From Thermoanaerobaculia bacterium (GTDB lineage Bacteria > Acidobacteriota > Thermoanaerobaculia > Multivoradales > UBA5704): DNA of 64,000 nt. The DNA is taken from positions 7,709 through 71,708 of the forward strand of contig JBIOUG010000136.1 of the NCBI GenBank assembly GCA_044866775.1, written 5' to 3'. Below are positions 35,224-43,498 of this stretch, one piece after another; positions within the stretch are counted from its first letter, which is position 1; each line of letters starts with the position of its first letter. Below the pieces are notes generated by a model. That model ran no database searches, had not been told where the DNA came from, and worked only from the letters and a program-made list of their open reading frames with translations. The translations under genes and the position numbers were made by a program.

Positions 35224-36882
35224 GTGCGGGCGGCCCTCCTCGCACTTCTCCTCGCGCTCCTCGCCGCGTGCGCCACGGCGCCGCGGCGGGGGGCGCCGCC
35301 GCTCGATCTGAAGATCGCCGGCGGCCGCGTGGTGGACGGCACCGGCGCCCCCTGGTTCCGTGCCGACGTCGGGGTGCGCGGCGACACGATCGTCGCCGTC
35401 GGCGACCTCTCGGCCATGGCAGCCGCGGTCACTCTCGACGCCGGCGACCGCATCGTCGCCCCCGGCTTCATCGACCTCCTCGGCTGGTCGCACGGCGCGG
35501 CGCTCGTCGACCCGCACCTCGAGGGGAAGGTCCGCCAGGGCGTGACGACGGAGGCGACGGGCGAGGGCTTCTCGCCCGGGCCGATCTCGGACGCGGCGGC
35601 CGCCGAGCAGGCGGCGTCGAGCCCCGAAGGGCTCACCTGGCGCACGCTCGGCGACTTCATGCGCCTCTTGGAGCGCCGCGGCACGGCGCTCAACTTCGCC
35701 TTCTTCGTCGGCGCTTCGAACCCGCGCGCCATGGTGCTCGGCCTCGACGACCGCGACCCGACCCCCGAGCAGATGGCGCAGATGGAGGCAATCGTCGAGC
35801 AGGCGATGCGCGACGGCGCGATCGGCCTCTCGACCTCGCTCATCTACGTGCCGGCGGTGTTCTCGAAGACCGAGGAGATCGTGCGGCTGGCGCGAGTCGC
35901 GGCCCGCCACGGCGGCGTCTACTTCACCCACCTGCGCGACGAGGCCGACCGCATCGGCGAGGCGCTCGACGAGGCCTTCCGCATCGGGCGCGAGGCGGCG
36001 ATCCCGGTCAACGTCTGGCACCTCAAGGTGAGCGGGCGGCAGAACTGGGGGCGGATGCCCGAGGTCGTGGCGAAGATCGAGGCGGCGCGCGCCGCCGGCG
36101 TCGACGTGGCGGCGAACGTCTACCCCTACACCGCCTCCTCGACGAGCCTCTCGGCCCTGGTCCCGACGTGGGCCCTCGAAGGCGGCTACAAGGTCTTCCG
36201 CGAGCGGCTGCGCGATCCGGAGCAGCGGGCGCGCATCGCCGCCGAGGTCGCCGCCTCCGGCTTCTACACCCGGGTCGGCGGCCCCGAGGGCGTCATGGTG
36301 ACGCGCATCCCGGCGCCCGAGCTGGCGGCGCACCAGGGTCAGCGCCTGGACGCGATCGCCGCCGCCATGGGCCTCGAGCCGGTCGAGGCGCTGCTGCGCC
36401 TCTACGAGGCGAGCCCGGTCTCGCCCGGCGCCATCTACTTCTCGATGCACGAGGACGACCTGCGGACGGCGCTGCGACAGCCCTGGGTGTCGCTGGGAGC
36501 CGACTCGAGCGCCATCGTCGGCCAGGCCCGCAACGAGCCCGCGCACCCCCGCGCCTACGGCACCTTCCCGCGCCTCCTCGGCCGCTACGCGCGCGGGGAG
36601 CGGCTCTTCCCGCTCGAGGAAGCGGTGCGCCGCGTCACCTCGCAGGCGGCGTCCAGGATCAGGCTGTGGGACCGCGGCGTCGTCCGCGCCGGCATGAAGG
36701 CCGACCTCGTGGTCTTCGATCCGGCGGCGATCCGCGACGTCGCGACCTACGAGGACCCGCACCGGTTCTCGGAGGGGGTCGTTCACGTCGTGGTCAACGG
36801 CGTGCCGGTGCTGCGGGACGGGGCGATGACCGACGCGCTGCCGGGGCGGGTGCTGCGGCGGCAGCGGGCATGGACGCGGTAG
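35224..36882 (+). CDS. N-acyl-D-amino-acid deacylase (D-aminoacylase) family amidohydrolase, lipoprotein
   Basis: LLAAC lipobox. IAGGRVVDGTGAPWFRADVGVRGDTIVAVGDL...APGFIDLLGWSH.... Confidence 0.8.
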   Translation: MRAALLALLLALLAACATAPRRGAPPLDLKIAGGRVVDGTGAPWFRADVGVRGDTIVAVGDLSAMAAAVTLDAGDRIVAPGFIDLLGWSHGAALVDPHLEGKVRQGVTTEATGEGFSPGPISDAAAAEQAASSPEGLTWRTLGDFMRLLERRGTALNFAFFVGASNPRAMVLGLDDRDPTPEQMAQMEAIVEQAMRDGAIGLSTSLIYVPAVFSKTEEIVRLARVAARHGGVYFTHLRDEADRIGEALDEAFRIGREAAIPVNVWHLKVSGRQNWGRMPEVVAKIEAARAAGVDVAANVYPYTASSTSLSALVPTWALEGGYKVFRERLRDPEQRARIAAEVAASGFYTRVGGPEGVMVTRIPAPELAAHQGQRLDAIAAAMGLEPVEALLRLYEASPVSPGAIYFSMHEDDLRTALRQPWVSLGADSSAIVGQARNEPAHPRAYGTFPRLLGRYARGERLFPLEEAVRRVTSQAASRIRLWDRGVVRAGMKADLVVFDPAAIRDVATYEDPHRFSEGVVHVVVNGVPVLRDGAMTDALPGRVLRRQRAWTR

Positions 36883-36892
36883 CTGGAGAGAC

Positions 36893-37528
36893 CTAGCCGG
36901 GCGGTAGCTCTCCAAATGTAACCGCTACCTCTTGGTACGTCGAACGGAGCTTGGTTCTAATCGCGATGCGATAGATGTCCGATCCAGAAATGGGTTGCTT
37001 GATCTCTCCCGAGAAGTAACCGTAGCCGTTCACGAGGACAAGCTGGCAGTCGCCGGACACCCAATTGCCCACCAGCTTTTCGGTTCGTTTCCACGTGTAC
37101 CATCTGTCGTTTTGCAATCTGACATAGATCTTCTTCGCCACAATCCAACGGTTGCAGTCCTCCTGTACTGTAGGCTTCATTCCACCGAACGATACCGAGC
37201 TCGGTAGATCATACGGACCAGCATCCACACTGAACGGTTCCGCTTTCCATTCGTCACCTATCTTGAAGGAATGAGAATAAGGCATCACTTGCAGGTCCAC
37301 CATGTAATAGGGACAGGGTCTCTCCCCATAGGCGTACCACCCGCTGCCGCTCGGAATGATTAGCGCGGTGCTAAAGACCAGAGGTACCGTCATGAACAGA
37401 TCGGCAAGCTCGGTCGCGCAGGGGTCTGGCCCCGGCTCGAGCTCGCCTCCGATCGCGGCGTCAACAAAGAGAGGGCCGGCAATGATGACCGCGACGATGA
37501 GCCGCATCGTGGACCGTAGATATTTCAT
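36893..37528 (-). CDS. hypothetical secreted protein in an AT-rich island
   Basis: MKYLRSTMRLIVAVIIAGPL is a signal-like start (the track start is 37558). About 52% GC in a hand-counted line against about 80% in the neighbouring gene. I recognise no family. Confidence 0.55.
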   Translation of the reverse strand: MKYLRSTMRLIVAVIIAGPLFVDAAIGGELEPGPDPCATELADLFMTVPLVFSTALIIPSGSGWYAYGERPCPYYMVDLQVMPYSHSFKIGDEWKAEPFSVDAGPYDLPSSVSFGGMKPTVQEDCNRWIVAKKIYVRLQNDRWYTWKRTEKLVGNWVSGDCQLVLVNGYGYFSGEIKQPISGSDIYRIAIRTKLRSTYQEVAVTFGELPPG

Positions 37529-37805
37529 GTGCGTTCTCCCCGCGCTGGATGGCTCCACTCACGCGCGCTCGACGATAGATCAGGCAATCGCCATCAAGCT
37601 AATCGTCTATTAGGTTCGCCGTCTAGCCTAAACTACCACAGCGAGTAGCCTGGCGCGCCTCTCGGAGGCCTGCTCCCTCCACCCGTCCCTCTTCCTTCCT
37701 ACGCTGGTCCGACATCGATCCTGCCTCCTGGTCAAGGGGATTTTCCCCCAACAGGAGTGTCAACCTCGGAAGGGGGAACAGGGTACGTGCTAGCATTCGC
37801 CAGGC

Positions 37806-38699
37806 GTGGGCGCACGGCAGCACACACTTTCCCGCCTTTCCTCCCCAGGCCTCCTCTTCGCGATCGGCGGCGCCGAGGACAAGACGCGCGAGCGCGCCAT
37901 CCTGCACGCGTTCATCGAGGCTTCGGGCGGGCACGACGCCAACGTCGTGGTGCTGGCGACCGCGTCGGAGGTGGCCGAGACGGGGGAGCGCTACAGCGAC
38001 CTCTTCCGTAAGCTCGGCGTGCGGGACGTCGCGGTGCTCCAGGTCCTCACCCGCGAGGACGCGCTGACGACGACCTCGGCGGCGCTGGATGCGCTCGAGC
38101 CGGCCACCGGCCTCTTCATCACCGGCGGCAACCAGATCCGCCTCTCCTCGGCCCTCGGCGGCACGCCGCTCGCGGCCGCCGTCCACCGCCGCCATGCCGC
38201 CGGCCTGGTGGTGGCGGGGACGAGCGCCGGCGCGTCGCTGCTGTCGCTGCACATGATCGCGCTCGGCGAGAGCGGCGGCACGCCGCGCCGCCGCCTGGTG
38301 CACCTGGCGCCCGGCCTCGGGCTCGCGCCCGAGCTCATCATCGATCAGCACTTCCGCCGCCGCGATCGGCTGGGGCGGCTGCTGACGGCGCTTTCCTACA
38401 ACCCGGCGCCGCTCGGCGTCGGTATCGACGAGGACACCGCCGCCGTCATCGAGCCGGACGGCAAGCTCCGGGTCATCGGCTCGGGAGCGGTCACCGTGGT
38501 CGACGCCTCGCGCCTCCACTTCACCGACAGCCACGCGGTCAAGCGCGGCCAGCCGGTGGCGATGCTGGGCCTGCGCCTCGACATGCTGACCGCCGGCTGC
38601 CGGTACGACATTCAGCGCCGCGCCGCCGAGCCGCCGCCGGTCGTCCCGGTGCGCGAGACGGAGACGCCGGCGGAACCGTTTCTCACGGAAGATCGCTAG
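37806..38699 (+). CDS. cphE: cyanophycinase (peptidase S51)
   Basis: LLFAIGGAEDK...VVVLATAS...FITGGNQ...VVAGTSAGAS (nucleophile Ser)...IIDQHF. Confidence 0.85.
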   Translation: MGARQHTLSRLSSPGLLFAIGGAEDKTRERAILHAFIEASGGHDANVVVLATASEVAETGERYSDLFRKLGVRDVAVLQVLTREDALTTTSAALDALEPATGLFITGGNQIRLSSALGGTPLAAAVHRRHAAGLVVAGTSAGASLLSLHMIALGESGGTPRRRLVHLAPGLGLAPELIIDQHFRRRDRLGRLLTALSYNPAPLGVGIDEDTAAVIEPDGKLRVIGSGAVTVVDASRLHFTDSHAVKRGQPVAMLGLRLDMLTAGCRYDIQRRAAEPPPVVPVRETETPAEPFLTEDR

Positions 38700-38711
38700 C
38701 CAGCCAGGGCT

Positions 38712-38785
38712 GATCTCCCTGACTCCGAGCCCACGCAGACGTTCCCCTCTCCCATGTGGGAGAGGGGCCAGGGGTGAGGGAGATC
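38712..38785. repeat. nested palindromic intergenic element
   Basis: The inner hairpin CCCCTCTCCC-ATGT-GGGAGAGGGG (38744-38767) is flanked by the outer inverted repeat GATCTCCCT (38712-38720) / AGGGAGATC (38777-38785). Confidence 0.6.
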
Positions 38786-38900
38786 GGATCAATGCAGGAA
38801 AGCTGGAAGCAGCTGCGACTCTCGCGCCTCCCGAACGGTCGCCCGAATGAAGACGGGCCGACTCTCTTCTGTGGCATGCGGCGTGCTTTTCCGCCCTCGC

Positions 38901-41561
38901 ATGCAGATCCTCGAGACGCGCACGTACCGCGGCCCGAACCTCTACGCGCTCTGGCCGGTCATCCGGCTGCGGCTCGACCTGGGCGAGCTCGAGGAGTATC
39001 CGACCGGCCGGCTGCCGGGCTTCGCCGACCGCCTCGTCGCGCTGATCCCCTCGCTCGGCGAGCACACCTGCTCCTACGAGGGGCCGGGCGGGTTCGTGCG
39101 CCGCCTGCGCGAGGAGGAAGGCACCTGGCTCGGGCACGTCCTCGAGCACGTGGCGCTCGAGCTCCAGTGCCTCGCCGGCACGCGCGTCAGCTTCGGCAAG
39201 ACGCGCGGCGAGGGGCTGCCGCGCGGCCAGTATCACGTCGTCTACAGCTACCGGCAGGAGGAGCTGGGGCACGGCGCGGGCGAGCTCGCGCTGCGCCTGC
39301 TCCGCCACCTGCTGCCGCCCGAGCGCGCCGCACACCTGCCGGGGCCGTTCGACTTCGCCGCCGAGCTCGCAGACCTCCGCCGCCGCGGCGAGGAGAGCGC
39401 CTTCGGCCCCACGACGGCGGCGCTGGTGCGGGCGGCCGAGGAGCGCGACATCCCCTGGCGGCGCATCAACGACGGCGCCCTCGTGCAGCTCGGCCAGGGC
39501 CGATACCAGCAGCGGATCGAGGCCTCGGTCACCGCCCGCACCAGCCTGCTGGCGGTCGAGATCGCCGCCGACAAGCGGCTCACCAACCAGCTCCTCGGCG
39601 ACCGCGGGCTGCCGGTGCCGCGGCAGGAGGTGGTGGGCTCGGCCGAGGAGGCGGTGGCGGCGGCCGAGGAACTGGGCTGGCCGGTGGTGGTCAAGCCGGT
39701 CGACGGCCATCACGGCAACGCCGTGGCGACCGGTCTCGCGACCGCCGAGCAGGTGCGAACGGCCTACGCGCGGGCGCGCGAGGAGTCGGCGGGAGTCGTC
39801 GTCGAGCGCCACCAGCGGGGCCACGACTACCGCATCCTGGTCGTCGACGGGCGAGTGGTGGCGGTGGCGCAGCGCGTCCCCGGGCACGTGGTGGGGGACG
39901 GCCGCCACACCGTGGCCGAGCTCGTCGAGCGGCTCAACGCCGATCCGCGCCGCGGCGCCGGGCACGAGAAGGCGCTGACCCGCATCGAGCTCGACGAGCA
40001 GGCCGAGCGGCTGCTCGCCACTGCCGGCCTGACCGCCGTGTCCGTCCCGCCCGCCGGCCGCGTGCTCTACCTCCGCTCGACCGGCAACCTGTCGACCGGC
40101 GGCACGGCAATCGATCGCACCGACGAGATCCACCCCGACAACGTGGCGATGGCCGAGCGGGCGGTGCGCGCGGTCGGCCTCGACGTCGGCGGCGTCGACT
40201 TCATCACGCCGGACATCGGCCGGAGCTGGCGCGAGGCGGGCGGCGCGATCATCGAGGTCAACGCCGGCCCGGGCTTCCGCATGCACGTGGCGCCGAGCCA
40301 AGGGACGCCGCGCGACGTCGCCGGCCCGGTCGTCGACATGCTCTTCCCGCGCGGCACGAGCGCGCGCATCCCGATCGCCGCCATCACCGGCACCAACGGC
40401 AAGACGACCACGACGCGCCTGGTCGGGCACATCCTGCAGCTCGCCGGCTACACCGTCGGGATGGCGACGACCGACGGCGTCCACGTCGGCGGCGCGCTCA
40501 CCGTGCCCGGCGACATGACCGGCCCGGAGGCGGCACGCCTGGTGCTCACCGATCCGCAGGTCGGCGCGGCGGTGCTCGAGACGGCCCGCGGCGGGCTGCT
40601 GCGCGCCGGGCTCGGCTTCCGCGAGTGCAACGTCGGCGCGGTGCTCAACGTCGCCGCCGACCATCTCGGGCTCGACGGCGTCGAGACGCTCGACGACCTC
40701 GCCGGCGTCAAGCGGATCGTCGTCGAGGTGGCGCGCGATGCCTGCGTCCTCGACGGCGACGATCCGCGGGTGGCGGCCATGGCCGAGCACAGCCCGGGGG
40801 CGCCGATCTTCGTCGCGCTCGACGCCAAGCGACCGCTGGTGCGCCACCACGTCCGGCAGCGCGGCAAGGCGGTGACGCTCGACGAAGGGACGATCGTGCT
40901 CCACGAGGGCGAGGCGCCGCTGCCGCTGCTCGAGGCGCGGTCGATCCCGGCGACGCTCGGCGGGCGCGCCCGCTACAACGTCAAGAACGCCATGTTCGCC
41001 GCCGCCATCGCGCACGCGCTGGGGGTCGGGCTCGACACCATCCGGCTCGGGCTCCGTACCTTCGACCTCTCGTTCGATGCCATCCCCGGACGCCTCAACC
41101 TCTACGACGGGCTGCCCTTCCGGGTGCTCCTCGACTACGCCCACAACGCCCACGCGCTGGCGGCGCTCGGCGAGCTGCTGCGGGCGATGCCGGTCGAGGG
41201 GCGGCGGATCGGCGTCCTCGCCTCCCCGGGGGACCGGCGGGACGAGGACGTGCGCGCGGTCGGCCGCGCCGCGGCGGCGGCCTTCGACCTCGTGCTGCTG
41301 CGCGAGGACGACGACCGGCGCGGCCGCGCTCCCGGCGAGACCGCGGCGCTGCTGCGGCAGGGGCTCCTCGCGGCCGGCTTCCCGGCGGCGCGGATCGTTC
41401 CCGGGGTGCTGGGCGAGGAGGCGTCGGTCGAGCGGGCGCTGGTGCTGGCCGAGGCGGGCGACTTGGTGATCGTGCTGGCCGACAAGGTGTCCCGAGCTTG
41501 GCGCCAGATCACGAGGTTTGAGCTGGTGCCGGTGCCGGCGCTAGTTGGTATGGCGCCGTGA
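38901..41561 (+). CDS. cphA: cyanophycin synthetase
   Basis: I set the start at the ATG at 38901 (MQILETRTYRGPNLY...). It has an ATP-grasp core and a C-terminal Mur-ligase-like part (ITGTNGKTTT). Confidence 0.9.
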   Translation: MQILETRTYRGPNLYALWPVIRLRLDLGELEEYPTGRLPGFADRLVALIPSLGEHTCSYEGPGGFVRRLREEEGTWLGHVLEHVALELQCLAGTRVSFGKTRGEGLPRGQYHVVYSYRQEELGHGAGELALRLLRHLLPPERAAHLPGPFDFAAELADLRRRGEESAFGPTTAALVRAAEERDIPWRRINDGALVQLGQGRYQQRIEASVTARTSLLAVEIAADKRLTNQLLGDRGLPVPRQEVVGSAEEAVAAAEELGWPVVVKPVDGHHGNAVATGLATAEQVRTAYARAREESAGVVVERHQRGHDYRILVVDGRVVAVAQRVPGHVVGDGRHTVAELVERLNADPRRGAGHEKALTRIELDEQAERLLATAGLTAVSVPPAGRVLYLRSTGNLSTGGTAIDRTDEIHPDNVAMAERAVRAVGLDVGGVDFITPDIGRSWREAGGAIIEVNAGPGFRMHVAPSQGTPRDVAGPVVDMLFPRGTSARIPIAAITGTNGKTTTTRLVGHILQLAGYTVGMATTDGVHVGGALTVPGDMTGPEAARLVLTDPQVGAAVLETARGGLLRAGLGFRECNVGAVLNVAADHLGLDGVETLDDLAGVKRIVVEVARDACVLDGDDPRVAAMAEHSPGAPIFVALDAKRPLVRHHVRQRGKAVTLDEGTIVLHEGEAPLPLLEARSIPATLGGRARYNVKNAMFAAAIAHALGVGLDTIRLGLRTFDLSFDAIPGRLNLYDGLPFRVLLDYAHNAHALAALGELLRAMPVEGRRIGVLASPGDRRDEDVRAVGRAAAAAFDLVLLREDDDRRGRAPGETAALLRQGLLAAGFPAARIVPGVLGEEASVERALVLAEAGDLVIVLADKVSRAWRQITRFELVPVPALVGMAP

Positions 41562-42779
41562 TGGCTGCGGCGGCCGTTTGAAGCTGGAAAGACGTAAGAG
41601 CGCATCCGAGCCCGGCGCAAGGCTGGCTTCGTAGGCGGCGACGAAGTCGGGGTCGCGGCGGCGCAGGTTCTCGTGGTCCACCTTCTCGCTGCGGGTCATC
41701 GCGCGGTAGGCGAAGGGGAGCGGGTCGAGGTGGAGGTCGCGGGCGGCGGTCTCGAACCACTCGGCGCTCGCCTCGGCCGCCGCCTGATAGCGCTCGACGA
41801 TCGGTCGGCGTGCCGCCTCGAAGGCTTCGAGAGCGGGCGCCAGCGCCGCGTGCTCGCCGATCGCGCGAGCGAGGGCTATGGCGTCCTCGAGCGCCAGCTT
41901 GGTCCCGGAGCCGATCGAGAAGTGCGCGGTGTGCAGGGCGTCGCCCAGGAGCACCGTGCAGCCTAGGCGCGAAGGCTTTCGCGCCGTGCTCCAATCGTGG
42001 CTCCAGCGGCGGTTGCGCAGGGTCAGGAAGTTGATCCAACGCGAGGCGTTCGAGAGCAGCGGCTCGCCGCGCAAGTCGTCCGCGAACACCTGCTCGAGAT
42101 AGCGCAGCCCGTCCTCCTCCGACCGTGCGTCGAGGCCGGCGCGCTCCCAGACCTCCGGGGCGCACTCGACGATGAAGGTGCTGCGGTCGGCGCCGTACTT
42201 GTACGAGTGGGCGATGAAGAGGCCGGCGGCGCTCTCGCGGAAGGTCAAGGTGAGGCCGTGGAAGAGGCGCGGCGTGCCGAGCCAGATGTACTTGTTGGGG
42301 CGGGCGTCGAAGCGCGGCTCGAAGGCGTCGCCGAAGCGCTCGCGCACGACGCTCCGCACGCCGTCGGCGCCGACCAGGAGGTCGGCGGCGGGGAGATCGT
42401 CGACGTCGCCCGCCTCACCCACCGGCTGCGCGAAGCGCAGGTCCACTCCCAGCTCCTCGCAGCGCCGCTGCAGCACCTCGAGCAGCGCCAGGCGCGCGAT
42501 CCCCGAGAAGCGGTTGCCGCGGATCGTGACCTTCTGCCCGCGGTGGACGATGTCGACGTTGTCCCAGCGCGCCAGCAGGCCGTCGAGGACGCGGAAGGTC
42601 GGCGGGTCCGGCTCGGCGAGGTAGGAGAGGGTCTGCTCGGAGAAGACGACGCCCCAGCCGAAGGTGGTGTGGCGCGGGTTGCGCTCGAGGATCGTCACCT
42701 CGTGGCGCGGGTCCGCGCGCTTCATCAGCAGCCCGAAGTAGAGGCCGGCCGGGCCGCCGCCGACGATGACGATTCGCAT
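41541..42779 (-). CDS. FAD-dependent aromatic-ring monooxygenase (matches the N-terminal half of bifunctional salicylyl-/2-aminobenzoyl-CoA monooxygenase-reductases)
   Basis: The ATG at 42779 gives MRIVIVGGGPAGLYFG (GxGxxG)...GADGVRS...LLGDALHTAHFSIGSGTKLALEDA. ATGA overlap with the DUF72 stop. Confidence 0.8.
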   Translation of the reverse strand: MRIVIVGGGPAGLYFGLLMKRADPRHEVTILERNPRHTTFGWGVVFSEQTLSYLAEPDPPTFRVLDGLLARWDNVDIVHRGQKVTIRGNRFSGIARLALLEVLQRRCEELGVDLRFAQPVGEAGDVDDLPAADLLVGADGVRSVVRERFGDAFEPRFDARPNKYIWLGTPRLFHGLTLTFRESAAGLFIAHSYKYGADRSTFIVECAPEVWERAGLDARSEEDGLRYLEQVFADDLRGEPLLSNASRWINFLTLRNRRWSHDWSTARKPSRLGCTVLLGDALHTAHFSIGSGTKLALEDAIALARAIGEHAALAPALEAFEAARRPIVERYQAAAEASAEWFETAARDLHLDPLPFAYRAMTRSEKVDHENLRRRDPDFVAAYEASLAPGSDALLRLSSFKRPPQPSRRHTN

Positions 42780-43498
42780 CAGGCCGCGCTCTCCGCCGCG
42801 AGCTCGAGCAGGCGCCGCGCGGCGAGCGGGCCGCGCTCGTCCTCGTGCTTGAAGAAGAGGTAGGCCTCGCGCCACTCCTGGGCCCGGACCGCGGCGAGCC
42901 AGCGGCGCAGCTCGTCGTCCGGATAGCTCTCGCGGCGCAGCCGCAGGTAGCCGATCGGCGCGGTCGCGATCAGCTCGCCGAGCGGCGCCTCGTCGGTGTC
43001 GGCCTGACAGAGGATGCGCCCGTGCTCGCGCAGCGCCCCGAGGACCTCGTCGTCGTGCCACGACGGATGGCGGAACTCGAAGGCGACCGGGGCGCTCACG
43101 TCCTCCTCGACGAGCAGCGCCAGGAACTCCTGGAGGCGCGGCAGATCCTTCTTGAGGTTCGGCGGCAGGCCGACCAGGACGGGTCCCAGCCGCGCGCCGA
43201 GCGCGGCCACGGTGCGGAAGAGGTAGGAGGTCTCCTCGGCGGCGCCGCGGAGGCGCTTGATGTGGGTGATCCTCTGCGCCGCCTTGAGCGCGAAGCGGAA
43301 GTCCTCCGGCACCTCCGCGGCCCAGGCCTCGATCACCGCCCGCTTGGGCAGGCGGTAGAAGGTGTTGTTGATCTCGACCGCCGGCAGGCGCTCGCCGTAG
43401 AAGCCGAGCATCGACGCGGCGGGCAGCTTCTCGGGATAGAAGCTGCCGCACCACTCCTTGAAGGCGTAGCCGCTGGTGCCCACCCAAAGTCGCGTCAT
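42779..43498 (-). CDS. DUF72 (YecE-like) protein
   Basis: MTRLWVGTSGYAFKEWCGSFYP...VEINNTFYRLP...FEFRHPSW. ATGA overlaps at both ends. Confidence 0.8.
   Translation of the reverse strand: MTRLWVGTSGYAFKEWCGSFYPEKLPAASMLGFYGERLPAVEINNTFYRLPKRAVIEAWAAEVPEDFRFALKAAQRITHIKRLRGAAEETSYLFRTVAALGARLGPVLVGLPPNLKKDLPRLQEFLALLVEEDVSAPVAFEFRHPSWHDDEVLGALREHGRILCQADTDEAPLGELIATAPIGYLRLRRESYPDDELRRWLAAVRAQEWREAYLFFKHEDERGPLAARRLLELAAESAA

Noticed and set aside
38847-38900. An N-terminal 18-aa extension of cphA (track start 38847).
   Set aside because: Cyanophycin synthetases begin at the conserved MxILxxRxYRGPN motif, which is found at the ATG at 38901. The extension has no supporting features.
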